Source: Somniosus microcephalus (taxonomy: Eukaryota). Taken from it: a stretch of DNA of 64,000 nucleotides. The stretch is taken from the NCBI GenBank assembly GCA_052327205.1, contig CM126224.1, positions 19,096,001-19,160,000 of the forward strand, read 5' to 3'. Positions 40,901 through 50,572 of the stretch are shown here, one piece after another (position 1 is the stretch's first letter; every line of letters starts with the position of its first letter). Under the pieces are notes generated by a model. It had not been told where the DNA came from, searched no databases, and saw nothing but the letters and a program-made list of their open reading frames with translations. Both the position numbers and the translations under genes were made by a program.

Positions 40901-43900
40901 GGAGGAATGCGTTACTTACTGTGGTGTTGAGCCACAGATCAGGAAGGCTTCAGGTTTAATCCCGGGCCTACATGAACTCCGCTGTAGGAGTGATCGATGT
41001 ATTAAAGATGGCAACTTGTGTGTAGAGAAAATATATATATAGTGCCTTTAATGTAGTAAAATGTCCCAAGGCACTTCACAAGAGAGAGTGTTAAACAAAA
41101 TGTGACACGGAGCTACAAAAGGATATTAGGGCTAGTATTAAGGAGCGTCTTAAAAAGGAGGGAGGCAGAGAGGTTTTGGGAGGGAATTCCAGAGCTTAGG
41201 GCCGAGGCAGCTGAAGGCACGGCCACCAATGGTGGAGCGATTCCAGGTGAGAAAAGATCTAGCTCGACAGTGATGCCCCTCCATGGTCAAACAACCTGGT
41301 CGCATTTACTGTCTGGGCTCAAAGGCCCCTTGATCAAGACGCTAGACGGTTGCCAGTGCACAGGCTGATGTATGATTCACTGGAGACAACGGGGCAAATT
41401 TAAACCCAACTCGGCAGGCGGGGAAACCATGGGAATCGGGTGAAACGCCCTTTTTTACCCCACCACTCCCAATATTACTCTACTGACTTTAATCAAATGA
41501 CAAGTAAAATGGGGCGGTGTGTAAAACCAGCACTGCACCCGGCCCAGTCAGTTTCAAAGGGTGGGTTAGATTAAAATTGCCCTCAATGCCTTCAGGAGGG
41601 GGAAGAGAAATGATGGATGAGGAAGTGGGTTTGAAGATATCAAAGTGGTTATAGATTACACTATTGCGAATATTAAGTGTTCCAAGTGATTAATAAATTA
41701 CAATGAACACACTGTTGGGGAAAATGTAACCTTGATCAGAAGCAGTGTGGAACGGTCATCTCCAAACACAGTGGCCGTGGATCAAATAAAGTTTTTTAAA
41801 ACTGCGATACTACCTTATAAAAAAAAGTGTTAAATAATGAATACAATTGACTTCAAAGAATAGTTAGCATCTCCTATCCAACTCCCATGTCAAAGTACAG
41901 TGTGAAGGAAATGCAACCTAGGAGACCGTTAACCAACAGCTATTAGAGGTTCTGACCTTTAAAGGTCATCGACCTGAAACGTTAACTCGGTTTCTCTCTC
42001 TACAGACGATGCCTGACCTATGGAGTATTTCCAGCATTTCGTTTTTATTTTAGCGATTAGGGATGTATTGCAGTGAAACAATTCAATTTAAAAACAGCAA
42101 ATAGTGAGGAACAATTCAAATAGACAACTTAATCCTGTAGTCACTGCAAGAAGGAAAAATAGTCGAGTAGAAACAGAGGCGAATACTTGTGTGTTCAAGG
42201 TGTGCCCACGAGCTGGTATTAAAGGGATTTGGTGCTCGGGGCTTTTTTCAACTGCAGTAGAGAAATTAATCTGAACGTAGTGACCCTTGACCTGCCTCAT
42301 GTTATGAAGGGGATGGAACCCACCTTTAAAAACAAATGCTACCCGATACTCAGCAGTTCATTACCAGCCACATCTAGCTACCACCTGTCACAAAAGGACA
42401 TCATTAAATTTAATAAATCAAGTCTCAAATGCTGACTGGTGTCAGGTTAAAAAAAAAAAGCAATTAATCATTTAACGTTAAACAAAGTAACGTTCCGGCA
42501 CGAGCGGCAGATTCCCTGCCCCAAAGGGGCATTGGCGAGGCTCGGAGTGACCTCAGACGGTCTAGGTGACCACTTCCAGCAGGACCCAGGGTCCAAGTCT
42601 TCAATGATCCAACACAATCACTGACCCAGAGACAGTGGCCTCAACAGCTGCTTCGAGGCCTGGGCCACAGGTCAAACTTGCCGACCTCGTATAATGAAAT
42701 GGGGATGATGCAGATGGCACAATTTAGATTTACACACAAATAGTTCAGAAACTCAAGTGACCATAAATTTACTATTGTGATCCCAAGAAATGAATGGTGA
42801 TCATTTTCTCACCATAAAGCATTAATTTTAGGAACACTTTCTGTTTTAGTCCTCTATTACACATACATTACCTTTTGAAAGCCTCTAAGCAGCATTAGTG
42901 TTTCTTTCACCAGCTGACTGCAAAAGGTTGAATAATTTCAACCTGGATGCTTTTTATTCATGATGCATCACTCAATATACATTAAATTCTATTGAATATT
43001 CACAGCAGCAGAACAGCTCTGCTCTACCCGTTTACCAACAATTGTGGGTCTGGGTCCTAATTTATCTCCTCATTCCCATTACTGCACTTACTTTGTGTGT
43101 GTTTCCAAGGAGAGGGTTGGGGGGGGGGGGGGGGTAATATTAATGCGCCACCTGAAGCGTCGCACTGGGATTTCATTCCATTGAAGTGCGACAACTGCCA
43201 CAACGATCATATGTCAGAATACTCAAATGGAGGAGCTAGCGTTTCAACAGCATTGTGAATGGAGACAGAAAGTTACTAAAGATTCCACAAAAAAAAGTCT
43301 GCTCCCTGACTGCACCTCTGGCCAGCTGCTTGAAGCATGAAATACAGGAACAGACTAGAGGAACAGCACATTCTTAACAGCCCTGCTTAACATTCAGCAT
43401 TGTGGTATTTTAAGTGAACAGAATTCCTTTGACGCCGACATTTGTTAAAGGTACGAACAAAGATTAACGGTTGCCCAGATTCCAGCTGCAGAACATCTAA
43501 TGATTTGTAAAAAAAGACTTGCATTTATATAGCACCTTTCACGACCACCAGATGTCTCAAAGCGCTTTACAGCCAAATGAAGTACTTTTGTGTAGTCACT
43601 GTTGTAATGTGGGAAACGCAGCAGCCAATTTGCACACAGCAAGCTCCCACAAACAGCAATCTGATAATGACCAGATAAATCTGTTTTAGTGATGTTGATT
43701 GAGGGATAAATATTGGCCAGGACACAACACCCCTGCTCTTCTTCGAAATAGTACCATAGGATCTTTTACGTTCACCTGAGGGTGGTAGACAGGGACTCGG
43801 TTTAACATCTCATCCAAAAGACGGCACCTCCGACAGTGCAGCACTCCCTCAGCACTGCACTTTGTTAGTACCTTTAACTCAATTATTGTGCTCAAGTCTC

Positions 43901-46900
43901 GAGTGGGACTTGAACCCACAACCTTCTGACTCAGAAGCGAGTGTGCTACCCACTGAGCCACAGTTGACACGATCAGTTACATCACCTTGTTACTAACAAA
44001 TAAAAATGTGCAATGTCTGGCTTGGTAACAAAACAATGTTGGTGATGTGTGAAACTCTTCAGGACTCACCTTTCCCAGGTCGATGATGAAGCAGTCTCCT
44101 TTATTGAAGCTATCCCAAGTCAAGGGGACCTCCATCGCTCGCACCACTCTGCGGCCCTTCAGATGGAGCAACCGTTGCACAGTTACCTCGTTGGGCACCA
44201 CATGGGAAAACCCTGACGCAACCCCACCAGCCTGCGGTGAAATAAGGGAGAGCAAAAACATTTCAAGCAAGCCAGCTGACTAGAGTCTCATTGACAATCA
44301 AAGCATTGAGTCAGTCATTTGTTTATAACATTGGCGAACCCATTGCCCTTAACAGATTAAAGGCTACCACTGACATGAATCTTGTCATTCACGTGGAAAT
44401 GACAAGTAATACTGGGCAGCCTGCTGGTGGCGCTGTCCAGGGAGAGGATAAACACTCAGGCATGGGCCCAGCTTGCTCAGGACATTCTTTAACAGGAACC
44501 AGGACATTCTTTAACAGGAACTAGTGAAGGACACAACTAGATCTCCATGTTGAAAACCAGTTGTTGATTAAAGCCTTGTTTAATACTCAGACCAAGTGCC
44601 TAGTAGTTTTCTTACGTTAACCACTATGGATGACTTGGCTCTCTTATGGTAGAGTAAAGGATTCCAGTCAGTGGTAGCAAACTCTCAATTAACTTCTGAA
44701 CTCACGTGCCCTCACTGGACAGGTTTTGCCAGGTGCGTGGCAATGTAGCCCTTTATTTCAGTGACTGGGATACACGGACGAGACCAATACTGCCCTGTTT
44801 AAGGGCACCTCCTACTGGCGAACCACTGAAGAGTGAAGGCGAGCGGATGATTGCGGAGAACACTGCTCCCTAACCCAACAGCTATCTTGGCACAGTTTAG
44901 GGAGCGCCCCCCTCAGCTGATATCAGAAGCCAACAACTTTATTTTGAGCAGATAAATTAGAGCAAAATGCAGTCGGTGAGGGGCTGCATTTACATTTAAT
45001 TAAACAAAGTATTATAAAATAATTCATAACAAATTCTAACAGAAGAGTTTAAGAATCCAATTTGAAAGAACATATGGACCCACTCCCACACTTCTGAATG
45101 ACTGATCGATCAAAAGAGTGGCAAAGCTCTGGGAGCTGCTTACTCACCCATCATGTGGTGCTGGGAGAGCAGAAAGGGCAATTGATCAGAATAACTTTTA
45201 CTCACCCCCCTTTTTAATGAAAGCAACATTCCCTTTTTTTCTTATCAAATACATTTTATTCCCCCACCCCAAAGTTGTGACTCATTGCGTTGCACACCAT
45301 CCAGACTGGAAAATGCAGCATACCCCCAGACCACCAACGAGGTCCCTCTGGAATCAGAGAAGTCTCTCGCTGCAAAAAAGTTCCTCCATCCCTATGGGGA
45401 AAATACCTGGACCTTGCTTGGCACCACTCCTTCTCTGAGCCCACCCCCCTCTGACCAGCTGTAATAGGGAAGTTGGCTGGCCTGGGTATGGTGCAAACTT
45501 ATGTGCAGTTTCTTGGAGCTCTGACACAATGAATTCTCTTTCCTTCATTTCACAATATTCCCATTAATTGAGGAAGAAATGTCATGTTAATAAAAAAGGG
45601 AAATCAATATAGAATGCCTTGTCCCCTCCTTGCTATTGGCTCAGATCATGCATGTATCCACTCATTGCCCCTTCCTTTTCAACCCCTCTTCAATAGAGGG
45701 GGCTGGGGGTCATTATTTTGGTTGCTGGCCCACAGCAGCACAGGGTTTGCCATCACTGCTCCAGATTGCATAAAACTGATCTCTGGTGTGGAATAAACAC
45801 TGCCCTGTACAGAACTTTATCATCTGTGGATAGCCGTCAGCTTCAAAAGACCCAGCTGGCAAACCTCATCTTACACTTACCACCAACATTGCTGATGTAC
45901 TTTAATAACACTTGGCATACACAATCATTCTGAATGGTCTATTTATTTATATTGATTCAACTAGTGTTCCCCTGGTTTGTTGCTTCTTGCATTGAAAATT
46001 TTGAAAGTAAAAAGTTTATAAACAATCTCGTTTTTTACTGTTAAGACTGAGTACCGAAAGGATAGGAAGTGGTTAAGCATTTGTTTCAGAAATTTGCCAA
46101 GATGGCATTTGAGGCCTTGCATTGACTCAAGGAAATGATGTACCCAAGCCAAAAAGCAGAACACTGGCCTCATTCATTGGCAAGCGTTGAATCACATTAC
46201 TGTCTCATGCATTACTGATAAAATCTTTACCTTGTATTTAATGCCAGACTTGAAGTTGCCCAGGAAGACATTAGACTCGTGGCCCTGCACCTCTCGGTGC
46301 TGGACGGGCTTTCCATTAAGATAGTCATCCATCTGCACAGTGAATATGGCAGCAGCTCCCTTCTCATCCTGAGAACATGAATCTCCTGCTCATCAGAAAA
46401 AGGGGGGGGGGGGGGGGGGGGGGGAAGAAAAAAAATTAGGGCTGAAAATATACACAACACACTAGCTAAAGAGAACCCTCTAACCAGCAGTGACAAGGAA
46501 CTGGCGCTCTTTTTAAAAATACACAAAATGGCCATTTTTTTTGGCGACATCAATGAACCACTAAAAAGTTTTGGGAACTCACGTTTTTCCAAATATTACT
46601 GAGAATCTAACTGTGAACAAAGATGAGAAAATAGCTGATGACACACCTGCAATAATGATCCTTTCAAGCTTTTAACCAGCCAAAAGAGCCACTTAAACAT
46701 TGTCATTGGCACTTTTCAAAACTGACAAGTCATTGCAAGAGAGTGGTTGTGATCTGGAATGCACTGCCTGAAAGGGCGGTGGAAGCAGAGTCATAAGAAC
46801 ATAAGAAATAGGAGCAGGAGTAGGCCATTCGGGCCTGCTCCGCCATTCAATATCATCTCTGATCTTCTGCCTCAACTCCATTCACCGGCCCTATCGCCAT

Positions 46901-49900
46901 ATCCCTTGATGCCCTTACTAGTCAGAAATCTATCGATTTCTGTTTGGAATATACCCAATGACTGAGCCTCCACAGCCCTCTGGGGTAGAGAATTCCAAAG
47001 ATTCACCACCCTGTGTGTGAAGAAGTTTCTTCTCATCTCAAATGACCTACCCTTTATCCAGAGGCTGTGGCCCCTGGTTCTAGACTCCCCAGCCAAGGGA
47101 AACATTCTCCCAGCATCCATCCTATCAAGCCCTGTAATAATTTTGTATGCTTCAATGAGATCCCCTCTCATTCTTCTGAATTCAAGAGAATACAGGCCTA
47201 GTTTACTCAATCTCTTCTCATACGACAGTCCCGCCATCCCAGGAATCAATCTCGTGAACCTTCGTTGCACTCCCTCTATGGCAAGTATATCCTTCCTTAG
47301 GTAAGGAGACCAAAAATTGTACACAGTACTCCAGGTGTGGTCTCACCAAGGCCCTATATAATTGGAGTAAGACTTCTTTATTCCTGTACTCAAATCCTCT
47401 TGTAATGAAGGTCAGCATATCATTTGTCGTCAACAATAACTTTCAAAAAGGGAACTGGATATATATTTGGAAAAAAAAAGAAAAATTTTGCAGGGCTATG
47501 AGGAAAGAGCAGGGGAGTGGGATTAATTGAATAGCTCTTTCATAAGAGGCACGATGGGCCCTATGGCCTCCTTCTATACGTTGCTTTGATTCCATGTCCT
47601 GGGGCTTTGTGAAACTTTTTTTTGCGAGGGCTGAATAGTCCCAAATATGCAATTGCAGGGGGCGGCAAGGGTAGGAGTATATTACAGAAGTAGTGAACGC
47701 CATCAACTGTGACTAAAAGGAGCTGGATAAAGGCAAAAATATTGCATTACCCGTAAAAGCATAAAGGCAATTCATGAATATTACTGTCAACCAGCAGTTG
47801 TAAAAGCTTTATATGCAAAAAAAACTGTACTGACAAGAGAAGTGTTAAGAATGCAGCAAGTATGGTATTCGGAATGAAAATAGCACGGTTAAGCAAATTA
47901 AAATATACATGCCATAATTTGGAGGAGGTGAAGAGACACAATGGAAGAGACAGCTGGAAGCAATTTCCGTGGGTCAAATCATCAGGTTACCATCCACAAA
48001 ATTGGCAGAGTTGGAATGTGTGGGGTGGAACCACAGATTACAAAACCAAAGGAGGAAGCTACTGTGGAGCTGTCTGGGTGGGCGAGGTTGGAAGGCATGC
48101 TGTCTGGACAGGTTAATCTATAGCAGAGGTGCAATGGTGTATAAAATGCAGGGGGGATATCAGGGACCATTCTAGGATTTTAAGGCGAGGTTGGGGGGGG
48201 GGGGGGGGGGGAGGAATGAGGGGAGGAACATGCCCCCTTATTTACTGGTTCAGCGTATGGCATGTTCCATATTATTTCAGATATTCTGTGATTTGCACAA
48301 TGTGAGATGAATGGGTCCACATGCAGTAGTTGCACCAATACCCAGAACACAGCATGCAACGACAATTAAATCCCTATGCGCATGTATACTTATTTATTCA
48401 TAAACTACCATCTGCTCTCTTCACAGAAGAAGTCATCGAACATCCAAATCAGATGATCTATCATCCCCACTTGAAGTAATCCCCAGCAGATACACACCTG
48501 TAGGGGGAGGGGGGGGGGGGGGGCGGTGTGCCATATCACTACTGTTAAGAATCACAGGGTGAGGCACTGGTGAGGGTAGGGGAGCAGGCGAAGCCTGCAG
48601 ATGTAGGACGGAGATCCATCATTCAGAGTGCTCCGTTTAGTTGTGTGGGGGATGTTAAACTTCGTGAGTCTGCGTTGACATGGTGGCCAGAATAAAACCA
48701 GGACACAACACTTGTAGGACAATGGAAGGTGATCATAAACCTGGCCCTCAGGTGTTAGTAAAGCCATAGACACGGGAAGCTTTTCTACTGAATAGAGGCT
48801 TTGGGTCTCAACTCAGGAGATACAGCCGGTTAGCTTCAACCTACTTGGAGAATGAATACAGATAACCAGTGGTAAAAAGATTCCCGAGGACTCGAGAATG
48901 CCCATGATGCTACACAAAGACAGATCAATGGACATGGTGAGGAGATGCTCTCCAGCAGCAGCGGCTGTGGCATTGCACAGGAACCGTTAGTTGGCACTCA
49001 TGTCAGTGGCTTTTCCAGGTCATCACATAGGCGAGTAATCACACTTGAAAGCGTTGAAACCACACCAGCTCCAGAAAAACAAAAACAGCCACCAATACTG
49101 TTGGAAGTACATCAGGATTAGTCGAAGATACATCTAGCAGGCGTTCTGGGTCCCCTGCAGCTCACCACTGAGCTATAGATCTATTCGCCAGTGGTGCTGG
49201 CTCTTGGGGAATAATTCGTTTCCGGGCACATGCACAACCAGCACAGAAAGGTCACGGCACAAAGACAAACGCGCCATCAAAACACATACCTCACTACACA
49301 ACTGAACAAAAATTAATTTGCTTCTAAATGTAGCCTGCCGTCTGTGGATCCACCATTGTGTAGAAGAGAAAGCATCAATTGTCCAAAAAGACAAAACAAC
49401 CAAAGTGCCCGCTCCCGAGATGTCCCTTGTTGGTGCTGCAAGGCTCAGACATTAAAGTTCAGGGCAGTGGTGGCCTTCACTGCCACAAGTAGTTCACTGT
49501 ATGTGACCAACTGCTCCTGCAGGCTTGGGTGGATCAGATGTGGATGAAAAAGCAAATGCTGGAACGACACGTCAACCAGCACCTGACAAAGGAAACATTT
49601 CAGGTGGGATCCTGCATCAGAACTTTTGATGGAGAGGCGACTCACCCAACCCATCTTCTTCTGCCAGGTGTTGATTGACATACGGTTCACCTATTGTCCT
49701 AAATTCTGGAAACAGAGGTGTTGAGGGTGGGGGGAGCGGGCGAGAGGATGAGATTTGCTCTAGACCATAGGAACATAGGTAGCCAGTCAGCCCTTTGAGC
49801 CAGCTCCTCTGGTCTCAGAGGAGCCTGTAGCAGTGAAGCGATTTCTGAACATTATTAAAGAAAAGCATCAGAAATGTTTTCACACAAGAAACTATCCAAC

Positions 49901-50572
49901 AGGTTGAAATTTCTGTGCTCAATGTTTAATGCACTGCTTAATACAATTGCTTGCGAGAGTTATTTTAACAAAGTTACAGTTAAAATGAGTTAACTTCCTT
50001 CAATTGGAAATTTGATGCAATGCATTAACCAGGGCACTAAAAATAGTGCAGGGATGGATTTTAGCCACAAAATTATTAGTAATTTGGAAGGAGCCAAGTT
50101 TGACACCAATATTGGGAGAGTTGAATTCAGGTCTGGGAGGTTACAAAAGCCTGCAACAACTGCTTTAACTTTTTGCCCAGTGTTGACGTGAAATCCCCCA
50201 ACTGTGCATCTAAAATAAAGAATACTACGCACCAGGCATTCAATCAGGTGGTATTTGGCAGGCACCTTCCCTGAATGACATTTCTAAAAAAAAAGTGTAG
50301 ACTAGAATACAAATATAGCAACAGTACAGTGTGCAATCGCAGGACGCCAACAGCAAGAGGTTTTAAGATTAGCACTCACCCAGCCAGAAATGCAGATCAT
50401 ACTGCAAGTTTCCAGACCGCTGTTGAATGGTGCGCATTACAAGATAGGCATCTCCTGTGAAAAAGTCTCCATGAACGTTTTTGGGCACAGCAACAAGGTC
50501 CAACTTTTCAACCCTCCAGATCTGCAGGCCAGGTTCCTTTCCAGCATTTTCAAATTCAGGATGGTAAACCAT
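7511..50572 (-). CDS. gsn: Gelsolin, cytoplasmic-type CDS span (16 coding exons, 731 aa)
   Basis: Exon lengths 193+155+162+150+90+136+89+216+134+91+171+175+122+78+61+173 = 2196 nt, with matching phases and GT-AG introns. Six gelsolin repeats. The C-terminal tail [15 protein letters not shown] and the motif [17 protein letters not shown] distinguish it from scinderin and villin. Confidence 0.97.
7735..8410. mobile_element. Penelope-derived inverted (foldback) repeat
   Basis: Arms at about 7763-8041 and 8149-8410 are reverse complements. Contains the characteristic ctgacgaagggtttcgacc(c/t)gaaacgttgac and gagtttttccagcattttctg motifs. Confidence 0.75.
10547..11046. other. Assembly gap (500 N) in the last gsn intron
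   Basis: N run preceded by poly-G and GA-rich low-complexity sequence. Confidence 1.
12787..12847 (-). CDS. gsn: gsn coding exon 15 ([20 protein letters not shown])
   Basis: tttctag| acceptor, |gtaaga donor, 61 nt. Confidence 0.95.
13205..13366. mobile_element. Short palindromic MITE-like element
   Basis: Outer inverted repeat taattttgactttggg/cccaagtcaaaatta. Inner inverted repeat atctctcccagttttt/aaaattggggagagat. Confidence 0.55.
13941..14018 (-). CDS. gsn: gsn coding exon 14 ([26 protein letters not shown])
   Basis: cttgtcag| acceptor, CAG|gtgagg donor, 78 nt. Confidence 0.95.
15760..16460 (+). mobile_element. CR1 LINE 3' fragment (RT C-terminus and tail)
   Basis: [36 protein letters not shown]...[10 protein letters not shown], followed by tail ggctcgaggggccgattggcctactcctgctcct. 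Confidence 0.9.
16590..17470 (-). mobile_element. Old degenerate CR1/L2-group LINE RT fragment
   Basis: Minus strand reads [22 protein letters not shown] with an upstream DFCL...DF.KAFD-like segment and many stops. Confidence 0.6.
17827..17948 (-). CDS. gsn: gsn coding exon 13 ([19 protein letters not shown]...CSNKTGRFI)
   Basis: cag| acceptor, |gtgagt donor, 122 nt. Confidence 0.95.
18397..18571 (-). CDS. gsn: gsn coding exon 12 ([16 protein letters not shown]...GEGSEP)
   Basis: cccacag| acceptor, CAG|gtgggt donor, 175 nt. Confidence 0.95.
20118..20365. mobile_element. Penelope-derived repeat with partial inverted arms
   Basis: 20121-20193 is the reverse complement of about 20255-20330. 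Same motif family as 7735-8410. Confidence 0.7.
20446..20616 (-). CDS. gsn: gsn coding exon 11 ([18 protein letters not shown]...STRAVE)
   Basis: aag| acceptor, GAG|gttagt donor, 171 nt. Confidence 0.95.
20930..21418 (+). mobile_element. Non-LTR retrotransposon 3' fragment (CR1/L2-group RT C-terminus) with A-rich tail
   Basis: [12 protein letters not shown] / [15 protein letters not shown]...HSLHHRR...YKMH, ending aatgaataaaaaaaa. Related tail fragments at about 26000-26140, 30200-30440 and 34440-34530. Confidence 0.75.
26733..27168 (+). mobile_element. SacSINE1/DeuSINE-like SINE
   Basis: tRNA head, Deu domain and tail gtgaaaggcgctatagagatgcaagtctttctt. Confidence 0.8.
28005..28095 (-). CDS. 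gsn: gsn coding exon 10 ([30 protein letters not shown])
   Basis: ttttccag| acceptor, CAG|gtaaaa donor, 91 nt. Confidence 0.95.
28165..28688 (+). mobile_element. RTE-clade LINE 3' fragment
   Basis: [16 protein letters not shown]...[16 protein letters not shown]...[13 protein letters not shown]-terminal CPTC...SHLRTH finger, (AAG)n tail. Confidence 0.85.
29769..29791. repeat. (AG)n microsatellite; others at about 51645-51663 (CT)n, 63721-63742 (AG)n and a poly-T at 34915-34952
   Basis: Direct inspection. Confidence 0.9.
31014..31147 (-). CDS. gsn: gsn coding exon 9 ([10 protein letters not shown]...[10 protein letters not shown])
   Basis: cttccag| acceptor, |gtaagc donor, 134 nt. Confidence 0.95.
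33044..33259 (-). CDS. gsn: gsn coding exon 8 ([20 protein letters not shown]...[10 protein letters not shown]; G3-G4 linker)
   Basis: tctcttag| acceptor, |gtaaaa donor, 216 nt. Confidence 0.95.
33277..33626 (-). mobile_element. HE1/V-SINE-like SINE, near full length
   Basis: tRNA head ggtggcatagtggttagc...gggttcaaatcc, V-domain gggtttcctccgggtgctccggtttcctcccacagtccaaaga, CR1-type tail gggccgaaatggcctct. Confidence 0.85.
34038..34126 (-). CDS. gsn: gsn coding exon 7 ([29 protein letters not shown])
   Basis: aag| acceptor, CAG|gtaaga donor, 89 nt. Confidence 0.94.
35020..35155 (-). CDS. gsn: gsn coding exon 6 ([20 protein letters not shown]...KIFVWK-G)
   Basis: tctctttacag| acceptor, AAG|gtttga donor, 136 nt. 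Confidence 0.95.
37590..38265 (-). mobile_element. L2 LINE 3' fragment
   Basis: [16 protein letters not shown]...IQNSAA...HWLPV...[12 protein letters not shown], with tail gtgaagcgtcttgggacgttttactatgttaaaggtgct. A shorter copy lies at about 41040-41245. Confidence 0.85.
38831..38920 (-). CDS. gsn: gsn coding exon 5 ([30 protein letters not shown])
   Basis: tttttag| acceptor, AAG|gtacga donor, 90 nt. Confidence 0.95.
40158..40307 (-). CDS. gsn: gsn coding exon 4 ([18 protein letters not shown]...SEKLIE)
   Basis: tttcag| acceptor, GAG|gtgagg donor, 150 nt. Confidence 0.96.
41391..41582. mobile_element. Short palindromic MITE-like element
   Basis: Ends ggggcaaatttaa / ttaaaattgccc with imperfect internal symmetry, resembling 13205-13366. 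Confidence 0.45.
41946..42052 (+). mobile_element. Penelope-derived repeat fragment
   Basis: aaggtcatcgacctgaaacgttaactc...gagtatttccagcattt. Confidence 0.65.
43508..43965 (-). mobile_element. SacSINE1/DeuSINE-like SINE, near full length
   Basis: Reverse complement of the family at 6728 and 26733. Confidence 0.85.
44070..44231 (-). CDS. gsn: gsn coding exon 3 (AGGVASGF...[10 protein letters not shown])
   Basis: cag| acceptor, |gtgagt donor, 162 nt. Retains the PIP2 motif RLxxxKGRR and the D187/C188 equivalents. Confidence 0.96.
46231..46385 (-). CDS. gsn: gsn coding exon 2 ([51 protein letters not shown])
   Basis: cag| acceptor, AAG|gtaaag donor, 155 nt, homologous to domain G1. Confidence 0.96.
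46790..47420 (-). mobile_element. CR1 LINE 3' fragment
   Basis: [16 protein letters not shown] / [25 protein letters not shown]...[16 protein letters not shown]. Confidence 0.9.
50380..50572 (-). CDS. gsn: gsn coding exon 1 (MVYHPEF...LHFWL-G); exon begins at 50581
   Basis: Acceptor tttccttttag lies 9 nt before the ATG (GTT CCC ACA ATG), as in human PNS-M. Donor G|gtgagt, phase 1. Confidence 0.96.

Noticed and set aside
44478-44522. Short two-copy tandem duplications (also about 22210-22262, 37811-37848, 51940-51980, 53115-53165)
   Set aside because: Ordinary slippage duplications with no spacer-repeat architecture, so not CRISPR-like.
7511-50572. Calling the gene scinderin/adseverin or villin
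   Set aside because: It has the gelsolin tail latch and gelsolin-type G4-G6 sequence, and no villin headpiece.
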